This document shows, piece by piece, positions 1-8,705 of a DNA stretch of 24,896 nucleotides. Positions within the stretch are counted from its first letter, which is position 1. Every line of letters starts with the position of its first letter. The notes under the pieces are model-generated. The model was not told the DNA's origin. It ran no database searches and saw only the letters and a program-made list of their open reading frames with translations. The translations under genes were made by a program, and so were the position numbers. Source of the DNA: an uncultured Candidatus Bathyarchaeia archaeon (GTDB lineage Archaea > Thermoproteota > Bathyarchaeia > TCS64); assembly GCA_964594895.1 (NCBI GenBank), contig CAZQOX010000001.1, positions 1 through 24,896 on the forward strand. The letters run 5' to 3'.

Positions 1-574
1 TGGATCTCCGCCTCAGTATATCCGCCTCAAGCTCCTCCGAGGCCACGTAGCCTGTGGATAGCTTGAGTTGGAAGCGGTCGAGCTGAGCCTCTGGGAGGGG
101 GTAAGTCCCCTCAAGCTCAATAGGGTTCTGTGTGGCGACCACGAAGAAGGGACGGTCAAGCGGGTATGTCTCTCCCTCGATGGTGACCTGCCTCTCCTCC
201 ATGCACTCCAGCAAGGCGGATTGAACCTTGGGCGGAGACCTGTTGATCTCGTCAGCCAGAAGTATATGGGTGAACACGGGGCCTTTCTCGAGGGAGAACT
301 CTCCCGTGTTCATACGCCATATCTTCGTGCCGATGATGTCGGCGGGCATCAGGTCCGGCGTGAACTGGACTCTGCCCCAGCCGCACCCTGTGGCCTTCGC
401 GAACACCTTCGCCAACAGGGTCTTCCCCAGGCCGGGGTTGTCTTCGAAGAGTATGTGGCCGTTCGCGAGTGCAGCGGCCAGCACCTTCTCAAGGAGCCTT
501 CTATCCCCGACGAAGTATTTCTGCACGGTGTCGAGGATGCTGTCGCACATGGTCTTAACTTCGTGTAACTGCAT
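1..574 (-). CDS. moxR: MoxR-family AAA+ ATPase, 5' part (continues beyond the left edge; absent from the ORF track)
   Basis: Manual minus-strand translation from ATG 574: MQLHEVKTMCDSILDTVQKYFVG...HILFEDNPGLGKT (Walker A)...RVQFTPDLMPADIIG...ILLADEINRSPPKVQSALLECMEERQVTIEG (Walker B)...FFVVATQNPIELEGTYPLPEAQLDRF. The ATG directly abuts the stop of the upstream gene (575-577). Confidence 0.94.
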   Translation of the reverse strand, partial: MQLHEVKTMCDSILDTVQKYFVGDRRLLEKVLAAALANGHILFEDNPGLGKTLLAKVFAKATGCGWGRVQFTPDLMPADIIGTKIWRMNTGEFSLEKGPVFTHILLADEINRSPPKVQSALLECMEERQVTIEGETYPLDRPFFVVATQNPIELEGTYPLPEAQLDRFQLKLSTGYVASEELEADILRRRS

Positions 575-1822
575 CTAGTAGACCTCCAAAGCCGTTTCTC
601 CCTCGGCCTCCTCTGCCTCCCTCTCGCCCGTTAACGGTTTTAACTGTATGGAGCCGAGTACTGTGTTAACGATCTTCCTTCTCCTCTGGTTGTTCAGCTT
701 GGCCACGTTGTCCGCCTGCCACGGTAGCCCTATCTTCGGCGGTTCCATGTCGCGGTACTCCACGAGCGGAGTGAGCGTGTTCGTGATTTCGTAGGCTTCT
801 AGACCCGAGTTCCTGAGCAGGAGAGTGAGGTGGATTATCAGCTCGTTCTTCTCGCCGTGGACGATGAACCTCTCGACGAGGTCCGAGAGGTGGTCGAGCT
901 GCACGTCCGTATGCATGTTCACCTGCTGCAGGTGCCTCCGCCACGTCCCGGTGACGTCCTGCCTGACGAGCGATTCCTCCGCGTAGCGCTTCATGCTTCG
1001 GTAGCTGAGGTAGAACCCTAGGCATATGGCGGCCCACTCCCCGATCACGACGTACTGGGGGTTAAGGCCTGAGGACTCGATGAAGTACCTCCGGACAAAG
1101 AAGAGGTAGTATATCAGGACGAAGTTGAGCAGCGTCACCTTCCCTATCTGGCCGCCGATCCTGCTGCCAAGATACTCTAGGTACGGGTTTGGGTGGTTCT
1201 TGAAGACGCCGGTGAGGGAGAGCACCGCCGTCATGGCGGTGCTAGCGACGATGACGTTGTTCACGGGCTCAGCTAGCCCCGCCTTTATGATTGGCAGCAG
1301 TAGTCCTGAGAAAGGTGAGCCTAGGACCATGTCCTCTAAGAAAGGGTAGACGTTGAGCCAAGTTCGGCTCCCCAGGAACCCTATGAATAATATGTAGATG
1401 CCCGTGAGTATGGGCTCGAAGATGTAGTTGACGTCCCTGACGTATACGCTCAGTACGTCATGGAGAGCCGAGAGCATCGTCGCGTACAACAGGAAGGCTG
1501 CAATGGGCTTCACCCAGCCCGGGACGAGGCTCCAGTCGGCCACAAAGTAGAGGAACGCGGTGTAAGCCACCGTGTTCAGGCCGGCGGATAGCCTATCCGT
1601 CGCCTTCCCGACGAGGAGCTTGTCCGCGACGACGCTGGAGTACTTCATGCATAGGAAAGCTATGAGGGGGGCTCCAAGGAAGGAGAGGTTGAGCGTGATG
1701 TCGTACCCAAGGATGTCCAATGGTATGATGGTCTCCTGCAGCACTAGGAACCATACGGTCACGGTTAGTAACGCGACGTATACTACCGAAGGCAGAACGA
1801 TCTCCTTAACTCTCTTCTCCAT
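575..1822 (-). CDS. Polytopic membrane protein of unknown function with soluble C-terminal domain, in the MoxR/transglutaminase operon
   Basis: 415 aa ORF with about 8-9 hydrophobic segments in the first ~275 aa and a charged C-terminal ~140 aa. Overlaps the upstream gene by 17 bp and abuts moxR. Confidence 0.8.
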   Translation of the reverse strand: MEKRVKEIVLPSVVYVALLTVTVWFLVLQETIIPLDILGYDITLNLSFLGAPLIAFLCMKYSSVVADKLLVGKATDRLSAGLNTVAYTAFLYFVADWSLVPGWVKPIAAFLLYATMLSALHDVLSVYVRDVNYIFEPILTGIYILFIGFLGSRTWLNVYPFLEDMVLGSPFSGLLLPIIKAGLAEPVNNVIVASTAMTAVLSLTGVFKNHPNPYLEYLGSRIGGQIGKVTLLNFVLIYYLFFVRRYFIESSGLNPQYVVIGEWAAICLGFYLSYRSMKRYAEESLVRQDVTGTWRRHLQQVNMHTDVQLDHLSDLVERFIVHGEKNELIIHLTLLLRNSGLEAYEITNTLTPLVEYRDMEPPKIGLPWQADNVAKLNNQRRRKIVNTVLGSIQLKPLTGEREAEEAEGETALEVY

Positions 1823-4800
1823 ATAAAGCCTCCTCGAACTCGTTCTTGGCGAGGTAGAAGCTCTCGTAGCTCTCCCTCGCTATCGGGTGGAGGCTGTAGC
1901 TAGCCTCCTCGAATATGAAGGTCATCTCCCCGAGCGCGCCATGCGTCTCCGCCGGCGTCTGGGTCTTAAGGTAGCCCAAGAGCTCACGCGCAGTGTAGTT
2001 GTCCTTGATCTTGTCGAACCTCTCACGCGCGTCCCTGAACTTGGCGTTGAATAGGCCGATGATCTCCTCACGGTAGTCGACTGTCTTCACGTCGAGCTCG
2101 GTGTTCAGCTCCTCGACGCGGTAACTGGCAGATATCTTCAGGCTCCCAGTCGACGCCTTGATCGTCGTGGTCAAAGCCGAACCCTCTTCACCGGTGTAGA
2201 CCACTCGGGGTTCACCGTCTACCTCCATGTCTACCTGGGCGTTCACTATCGGGTGGCCCTCGACAGTGGTCAACCTCACAGAGATCTCAAGCTCCTCGTC
2301 GACGCCCCAGACGTTGGGGAACGGGGCCCGTATCTGGGGCAGCGAGATGGTCAGCCGGGTCGACCCGGTCTCCGACTCAGCCACGCTCGTAGGCTTCTCC
2401 GGCGGCGCCGCCTCGGTCCCCTTCATACGCATGTAGACTAGGGCGCCTACACACGCGAGGCCGAGGAAAACGGCCGCAGCCTGTAGCACAGGGAAACGTG
2501 TCGGCGTGAGCACCGTCAGAGTGGTCATGGCTGAGGCAGCCGTGTAGAGACCCTCCCCCCGATACGTAGCGGACAACGTCACGGTATTGCCCTCCGGCTC
2601 GGAAAGCTTGAAACTGAACTCCGCCACGCCTGCGTCGTCAGTTGTTGCCGTGAGGTTCCCGGCGAGTTCGCCGCAGCGGTAGAGGAGCGTCAAGGGTTTG
2701 CTCCCCAGAGACTCGCCGTGGTCGTCCCTGAGCACGGCTCTTACGACGTTCTGCCGCCCGGCCTGAACCTCCTGTCTCGACTCGAAGCCGATCTGCGGCC
2801 TCGCCTTCACGACGGCGGAAGCATCTACCCTCTGCTGGTTGCTGTGGAGAGTGAACTCCAGGGGGACATCACCCAGCTCATGGTCGATGGGCGGCCTGTA
2901 GGAGATGAAGAACTCGCCCACCTCGTTAGTCACCGTGGAGATCTCCTTGCCTTCCAGGCGGAGGGTCAGGGCCTCGGAGTCGCCGGGGACCTCGTCGGCG
3001 TGGACCCTGCCCTTGATGACCGAGTTCTCGCCCCGGACCAACGCGATGTCTCTCGTGGGGGTGATGGTGAGGGGAACCGACTCGACGTATGTGCTCGCGG
3101 ATGCCCCGAGATGATACTCAGCGCCCCCGTACGTCATCTTCACCTCGAATGCGCCTGGCTCAGCGAGGAGCACCGTGACTCGAATGCGTCCCTCGCCGTC
3201 GGTGACCCTGTTGTAGGTCTCTGCCCCGGCGGAGACTGTGCACTGGGCTTCGGCGAGGGATCTGCTGGTCTGCTTCTCCACCAGAGTGCAGGATATGTTG
3301 AAGGCTTGACCGGTGACGACCTTCTCGGGCACGTCGATCGTGAACTCGGTCTCCATGTAGCTCACTATCGGCGGATCGCTCCACGAGTCCATGTACACCT
3401 CGTTCCCCAGCGTGTGGGCGTCCACGTTGTACTCTCCCCCCGGGAGACCGACGGGGAAGAGACAGGTGACGTTGAACCTGCTGTCGACAACCACCCCGCG
3501 ACCAGCCAGGGTGCCGTTATCAGATTTCTCCTTCTTCAGGTAGACGAGGACGTCTAGCCCCGAGGCGTCGTTCCCCTGGTCATCCACGACGGTGCCTGCC
3601 ACGGTGAAACGTGAGCCGACGAGGACGTACTCGTCCTGGTACGTGATCGTGGTGTTTGTCGGTGTTCTGTTCGGAGGCTCCTCGGGCGTCCAAGTCTCTC
3701 CGGTGGGCGTCGCGTCGAAGACGATCCACCCGAGGTCGTCGAAGAGAGCCTCCGTGTATGCGTGGGCCTGAGTCGTCTCCACGGACTGGGCCTCGGCGGC
3801 GGGGTCGACCAGGTAACCCGTCACGAGCCGCGCCGGCACGCCTAGGCTCCGGGCGAGCAGAGTCAAAGCCGTGTTGAAGTTGGTGCACACCCCCTGCCTC
3901 TCGCGGAACAGGAACCACTCCACCGGGTCTACGTCGCCTGGAGACCGGGTGTAGGAGAGGTTGTAATGGTAGTTGGTCTTCAGGTGGCTCTCCAGGGTCT
4001 TCACCTTGAGGTACGGCGACTCTACGTTACGGGTGATCTGCTCCGCAAAAGGAGTTATCAGGGTCTCTAGGGTGTCCGGCACCTGTAAATACAATGTGCT
4101 ATTGTAGGGCGTAGCCTTCTCCAGAGTCGTCTCGTTGAACACATAGACCTCTGACTGCACCTCGTAGCTCAAGGCCAAAGGTTCGTCCACGCGGAATAGC
4201 TCGTGCTCGGGGTAGAAAGTCATGTTCCAGTCGACGACGACTTGCAACGGGTGAAGCGGCGAAGGTATGAAGCCGCCAAGGGCCTGAACCGGCTCAACGT
4301 AGTAGTGATGCTCCTGGATGCCGCTGTAGTTGCCTACGACGGATGCCACGTACTGGCCCCAGTACGGGACAGGGGTGGAGCCGTGCATGTACCATGAGCC
4401 GTTGTAGTAGTCGCCGACGCCGTCCCTCAAGTAGGGTGAGCCTGTGGCCCCGTAGATCCTGAATACCTCTTCACCTGTCGTAGGTACCTCGCCTTCGACG
4501 GGTAACTCTCCGCCGTCGTCGATGGAGGGCCCAGGAAGCCCGCCTGTCTCGTTGAAACCTCCGAACTCCTCGATCATGGACAGCAGGTCCGCGCCCGGCG
4601 TGGCGTCGAAGATTATCCAGCCGAGGCCCTCGAAGGGGACCTCGGTGAACGCGTGAGCCTGGATCGGGTAGACGTCTTGTATCGTGGCTTCGGGGTCGAT
4701 GTAGTAACCTCCCACCAGCCTCGCGGTTATGTTCAGGCATCTGGCCATCATGGTGAGAGCCGTGTTGAAGTCGGTGCAGACCCCCTCCCCGCTCTCGTAT

Positions 4801-5573
4801 AGGAACCACTCCAGGGGGTCTACGCCGGGTGGAGCGTCCGGGCAGGTCAGGTTATAGTCGTAGTGGGTCTCAAGGTACTCCTCCAGGGCCCGAAGCTGCA
4901 TGTACGGCGTCGAGGCGTCGCCAACTATCTCCTCGGCAAGCGCCGTGAGGTCGCCCTCGATCTCCTCGGGCACCTCAAGGTAGTCTGGGAGATACATGAC
5001 GTCGCTCACGTTGAGGACTTCGTCGCTGTAGCTGTACTTGATGTAGGTTAGGTTGTATGCGTCGACGCCCGCCTCGCAGCTGAAGACCATCTCGTCGCCG
5101 TAGTAGGTGACCAAGTCGGTGAGGTTAAGACCAATGGTGTTTGGTGCAGTAGGGATATACACGCCCAGATCTGTCAGCGGCTCGACTGTGAAGCTGACCC
5201 GCATGGGTGAGGCGTTAACATAGATGTCGGGCCAGAGAAGCTCACCCGTATAGGCGATGGGGTCTGAAGGCGAGGAGCCCCAGAGCCCGGATAGATACCT
5301 GTCGTAGGCCATGAGCCTCAGGTACTTCGTCCCCGTGGAGCCCCTCACCCGGAAGATGGGGCCGGATTCACCCATCTCTATGTCCGGCTTCTCCAGCTTC
5401 GTTGACTCGGGGTTGGGCGTCGGGGGTGTCTCTGGCTTCAGATTGGGCACGTTGGGCGTCTGAAGCCCCTCCAGGGTAGGAACCTCGCCCAGAGAGTCTA
5501 TGGAGAGGGATAGCAGCAGGACGGATAAAACGATACACGCTAACACGATAACTGTCTTATTTATTCGCTGCAA
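1806..5573 (-). CDS. Large membrane/surface protein: two transglutaminase-like (TgpA-type) modules, Ig-like repeats, C-proximal TM helix and DUF4129-like tail
   Basis: Two Cys-His-Asp sets: GVCTDFNTAL/AHAFTEV/FDATP and GVCTNFNTAL/AHAYTEA/FDATP. N-terminal hydrophobic anchor (VIVLACIVLSVLLLSLSI), Pro-rich linker, TM VLQAAAVFLGLACVGALVYM. Start placed at TTG 5573 (GGTGG upstream); the track's extension to 5744 lies in AT-rich spacer DNA. The exact start is uncertain. Confidence 0.9.
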   Translation of the reverse strand: MQRINKTVIVLACIVLSVLLLSLSIDSLGEVPTLEGLQTPNVPNLKPETPPTPNPESTKLEKPDIEMGESGPIFRVRGSTGTKYLRLMAYDRYLSGLWGSSPSDPIAYTGELLWPDIYVNASPMRVSFTVEPLTDLGVYIPTAPNTIGLNLTDLVTYYGDEMVFSCEAGVDAYNLTYIKYSYSDEVLNVSDVMYLPDYLEVPEEIEGDLTALAEEIVGDASTPYMQLRALEEYLETHYDYNLTCPDAPPGVDPLEWFLYESGEGVCTDFNTALTMMARCLNITARLVGGYYIDPEATIQDVYPIQAHAFTEVPFEGLGWIIFDATPGADLLSMIEEFGGFNETGGLPGPSIDDGGELPVEGEVPTTGEEVFRIYGATGSPYLRDGVGDYYNGSWYMHGSTPVPYWGQYVASVVGNYSGIQEHHYYVEPVQALGGFIPSPLHPLQVVVDWNMTFYPEHELFRVDEPLALSYEVQSEVYVFNETTLEKATPYNSTLYLQVPDTLETLITPFAEQITRNVESPYLKVKTLESHLKTNYHYNLSYTRSPGDVDPVEWFLFRERQGVCTNFNTALTLLARSLGVPARLVTGYLVDPAAEAQSVETTQAHAYTEALFDDLGWIVFDATPTGETWTPEEPPNRTPTNTTITYQDEYVLVGSRFTVAGTVVDDQGNDASGLDVLVYLKKEKSDNGTLAGRGVVVDSRFNVTCLFPVGLPGGEYNVDAHTLGNEVYMDSWSDPPIVSYMETEFTIDVPEKVVTGQAFNISCTLVEKQTSRSLAEAQCTVSAGAETYNRVTDGEGRIRVTVLLAEPGAFEVKMTYGGAEYHLGASASTYVESVPLTITPTRDIALVRGENSVIKGRVHADEVPGDSEALTLRLEGKEISTVTNEVGEFFISYRPPIDHELGDVPLEFTLHSNQQRVDASAVVKARPQIGFESRQEVQAGRQNVVRAVLRDDHGESLGSKPLTLLYRCGELAGNLTATTDDAGVAEFSFKLSEPEGNTVTLSATYRGEGLYTAASAMTTLTVLTPTRFPVLQAAAVFLGLACVGALVYMRMKGTEAAPPEKPTSVAESETGSTRLTISLPQIRAPFPNVWGVDEELEISVRLTTVEGHPIVNAQVDMEVDGEPRVVYTGEEGSALTTTIKASTGSLKISASYRVEELNTELDVKTVDYREEIIGLFNAKFRDARERFDKIKDNYTARELLGYLKTQTPAETHGALGEMTFIFEEASYSLHPIARESYESFYLAKNEFEEALYGEES
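3700..5380 (-). repeat. Internal protein-level duplication of the transglutaminase module (period 297 aa)
   Basis: Catalytic Cys codons at 4776-4778 and 3885-3887 (891 nt apart). Parallel motifs FRV/IxGxTGxxYLR, YxYNL, PGxVDPxEWFL, ARLVxGY, GWIxFDATP. Boundaries are approximate. Confidence 0.85.
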
Positions 5574-5825
5574 ATAGCCCGTCCACCATGATATTCGAAG
5601 GCGAACGCGATATAAGAGTTCTAGATGAATGAAATAGATCAAATTGTTAACGGAGTCGATACTTAGGTGGTATCTTAATGCGCGCACATAGAAATATAAA
5701 GCATAAAAACCTAAAAAAAACGACACGTAATTAACATAAATCAATTAAAAACCTTTGGCATCTTTTAATATTAATAGAAATAAAGGTAATGAAGGCCATG
5801 TTCTATTTACGATAGCAGATAACCC

Positions 5826-5918
5826 AGCATCGGTTCTTGAATAGGACAATGACTGTTAAACTGTACGAAAAACGAACTTTAACATCCACAATACCGTGAA
5901 AAGACCACAACCGATGTT
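5826..5918. promoter_or_regulatory. Nested inverted repeats in the spacer between the divergent transglutaminase and hdr operons (possible structured leader or operator)
   Basis: CATCGGTT (5828-5835) pairs with AACCGATG (5909-5916), enclosing TGTTAAA (5854-5860) / TTTAACA (5878-5884). Function not established. Confidence 0.4.
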
Positions 5919-6020
5919 TGAATTAGAGTGACGTTTCCTCTGGATAGTGGATCATGGTTTAGGGGGTCCATGGGCTCAGGGGTTTCCATTTAATCAATGC
6001 TCGGAGTTGAAGTATGACAG

Positions 6021-6509
6021 ATGATGGCGTTAAATCGTTTATCCTCCAAAGAGAAAAAGTACATGGGTGTGGCGGAGCAGTGCACCCAGTGCGGTAAATG
6101 CTCCAGCGGGTGCCCAGCCGCAAGATACCTTGAGCTGAGACCGCGGAAGATCGCGTTGATGGCACAGAGAGACCTCATCGACGAGCTGCTTGATTCCGAC
6201 GTGATCTGGATGTGCACCCAGTGTCATCAATGCATGGAGAGGTGCCCACGGGAGATCACGCCCTACGACATCATCATATACCTCCAGAACCTGGCGGTGC
6301 TGAGAGGATACGACTACCCCAAGGATCTTAACATGCTCCTCGCCTCCATCAAGAGGTACGGGGCCATCCAGCTGCCCCAGGAGATATTCGACAAGGAATT
6401 CGAGAACTATGAGAGAGAGGACCTTAACCTGCCCGACCTTGAGGGCCCAGCGGACATGGAGGGGTTCCAAAAGGGCTTGACCAAGGTGCTGGAGGAGTCG
6501 AAGCGTTGA
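6021..6509 (+). CDS. hdrC: Heterodisulfide reductase subunit C-like 2[4Fe-4S] protein
   Basis: CTQCGKCSSGCP and WMCTQCHQCMERCP motifs; stop overlaps the start of hdrB (TTGA). Confidence 0.92.
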   Translation: MMALNRLSSKEKKYMGVAEQCTQCGKCSSGCPAARYLELRPRKIALMAQRDLIDELLDSDVIWMCTQCHQCMERCPREITPYDIIIYLQNLAVLRGYDYPKDLNMLLASIKRYGAIQLPQEIFDKEFENYEREDLNLPDLEGPADMEGFQKGLTKVLEESKR

Positions 6510-7384
6510 GGTACGCGCTGTATCTGGGCTGCTGGATACATACTCAGCAGTACGGCTACGAGATGTCCACCAGAAGAACCCTGCCCAGGCTGGGAGTGGA
6601 GCTCCACGACCCCGAGGGCTTCAGCTGCTGCGGCTACCCACTGAGGAGCTTCAACGACTCGGCGTGGTTCTACCTCTCGGCGAGGAACCTCGCGATAGCC
6701 GAGAGGGACGGCCTCGACATACTCCCCCTGTGCAACGGCTGTTACGCCTCGATGAACGAGGTGAAGCACTACCTTGACTCCGACGAGGAGTTCAGGAGCT
6801 ACATCAACGAGGCTCTGAGCAACGAGGGCTTGGAGTACAGAGGAAACAGACGGGTTAGACACATCCTAGAGGTTCTTCACGACGACATCGGAGTCGAGGA
6901 GATAGAGACGGAGATAGAGACGCCGCTGTCGGGGCTATGCTTCGCCACACACTGCGGCTGCCACGCGTTGAGGCCCAGCGACTTCAAGCACACAGACGAC
7001 CCCGAGGACCCCAGGCTGCTGGACGAGGTGACCCATGCCCTGGGCGCTGAGACGCGTTACTACCCAGAGAAGATGGACTGCTGCGGAGCAACCCTGGTGA
7101 TCAGCGACTACGAGACGGCTTTCAAGCTGACAGGCTACAAGATCCAGGCCGTCCAGAGACGAGGCTTCGATGGACTCGTGACCAACTGCCCGTTCTGCTT
7201 CAAGATGTTCGACTCCAGGCAGGACGCCGTTGGCAAGATCATACACGACGAGGGGCTCAGCCTCCCCGTCTTTTACGTTACCCAGCTACTGGGACTCGCC
7301 CTCGGCATGGATGCGTCTGAGCTCGGCCTCGGTTTCAACATGAGCCCTGTAGATAAGGTAATCGAGAAAATTGGAGGAGGCTGA
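6506..7384 (+). CDS. hdrB: Heterodisulfide reductase subunit B-like (two CCG domains)
   Basis: YLGC, SCCG, LCNGC, HCGCH, DCCG, NCPFC: the full cysteine set typical of HdrB non-cubane cluster sites. Confidence 0.95.
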   Translation: MRYALYLGCWIHTQQYGYEMSTRRTLPRLGVELHDPEGFSCCGYPLRSFNDSAWFYLSARNLAIAERDGLDILPLCNGCYASMNEVKHYLDSDEEFRSYINEALSNEGLEYRGNRRVRHILEVLHDDIGVEEIETEIETPLSGLCFATHCGCHALRPSDFKHTDDPEDPRLLDEVTHALGAETRYYPEKMDCCGATLVISDYETAFKLTGYKIQAVQRRGFDGLVTNCPFCFKMFDSRQDAVGKIIHDEGLSLPVFYVTQLLGLALGMDASELGLGFNMSPVDKVIEKIGGG

Positions 7385-7388
7385 GGCG

Positions 7389-8705
7389 ATGGAATCGTCT
7401 GTTGTCGTCATCGGCGGAGGGATAGCCGGCATCCAAGCGTCTCTCGACCTTGCTGACGGCGGCCACAAAGTGTACCTCGTCGAGAAAACGCCGAGCATCG
7501 GAGGCAAGATGGCGCTGCTTGACAAGACCTTCCCGACCCTCGACTGCGCCATCTGCATACTCGCGCCCAAGATGATCGAGGTCTACAGGCACCCCCGCAT
7601 CAGGCTCCTCACCAACTCCGAGGTAACCGAGGTCTCCGGGGAAGCCGGGAACTTCACCGTGAAGGTGACGAGGAAGCCCAGGTACGTCGACGAGGACAAG
7701 TGCATAGGCTGCGGCGTATGCGCCCAGAAGTGCCCCGTAAACGTGCCTGACGAGTACCAGATGGGGCTCAGCGACAGGAAAGCCATCCATCTGCCTTTCC
7801 CGCAGTCGGTGCCACTGGTCTACAGCATCGACCCGGAGCACTGCCTCTACCTGACTCGAGGCGTCTGCAGGATCTGTGAAAAGTTCTGCGAAGCAGGGGC
7901 CATAAATTACGAGCAGAAAGAGGAGGCCCTCGAGATAGAGGCCTCAGGCATAGTCGTGGCCACAGGGCTTGAGCCCTTCGACCCCACCATCATCAACGAG
8001 TATGGGTACAAGAGGTTCAGCGACGTCGTCACCGCCATGGAGTTCGAGCGCATGATAACGGCCACGGGCCCCACCGAGGGGGAGCTACTCCGGCCTTCAA
8101 ACAGCCAGCACCCCCACAGCATCGCCTTCATCCAGTGCGTAGGCTCCAGAAGCCTACGCGAGGGAAACCCCTACTGCTCCGCAGTGTGCTGTATGCACGC
8201 AACGAAGGAGGCGATACTCGCAAAAGAGCACGTCCCAGACGTGGAGGTGACCATCTACTACACAGACCTCAGGGCCTTCGGGAAAGGGTTCAGGGAGTTC
8301 GTCGAGAGAGCCATGAAAGAGTATGGAGTCAAGTACGTCAGGGGTAAGCCGGCGGAGATCAGGGAGGACCCCGACACGAGGAGGCTTCAATTCTGGTACG
8401 AGGACACCCACACCGGCGACACGGGTTTCGCGGAGACGGATATGGTTGTGCTCTGCACGGCCCTCACCCCGAGCCCAGGAAACATGGGTCTCGCCGAGAC
8501 CCTGAAGGTTGATGTGGACGAGTACGGTTTCTTCACCCAGCCGAGGCCCTTGAGAGACCCTGTTGGTACGACTCGTGAAGGCGTCTACGTCTGCGGGTTC
8601 TGCCAAGGCCCTAAGGACATACCCGACTCCATCGCGGAGGCCAGTGGAGCAGCGTCAATGGTTTCGGTCATCGCCAACAAGAACACGGGAGAGACGGAAA
8701 GATGA
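7389..8705 (+). CDS. hdrA: HdrA-like flavoprotein, short form (FAD domain plus inserted ferredoxin; no N-terminal domain, no C-terminal ferredoxin)
   Basis: VIGGGIAG Rossmann motif, LDKTFPTLDCAIC, CIGCGVCAQKCP, CLYLTRGVCRICEKFC, MEFER, QCVGSR, CSAVCCMHATKEA. ATG 7389 preferred over TTG 7371 because GGAGGAGG lies at 7373-7380. Confidence 0.93.
   Translation: MESSVVVIGGGIAGIQASLDLADGGHKVYLVEKTPSIGGKMALLDKTFPTLDCAICILAPKMIEVYRHPRIRLLTNSEVTEVSGEAGNFTVKVTRKPRYVDEDKCIGCGVCAQKCPVNVPDEYQMGLSDRKAIHLPFPQSVPLVYSIDPEHCLYLTRGVCRICEKFCEAGAINYEQKEEALEIEASGIVVATGLEPFDPTIINEYGYKRFSDVVTAMEFERMITATGPTEGELLRPSNSQHPHSIAFIQCVGSRSLREGNPYCSAVCCMHATKEAILAKEHVPDVEVTIYYTDLRAFGKGFREFVERAMKEYGVKYVRGKPAEIREDPDTRRLQFWYEDTHTGDTGFAETDMVVLCTALTPSPGNMGLAETLKVDVDEYGFFTQPRPLRDPVGTTREGVYVCGFCQGPKDIPDSIAEASGAASMVSVIANKNTGETER

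Noticed and set aside
68-578. Plus-strand ORFs 68-568 and 228-578
   Set aside because: Antisense shadows of the minus-strand MoxR gene, which has clear Walker motifs.
5574-5744. N-terminal 57 aa of the 1312-aa ORF
   Set aside because: AT-rich spacer-like DNA giving an aromatic/Leu-rich nonsense translation; a TTG with an SD-like motif at 5573 directly precedes the hydrophobic anchor.
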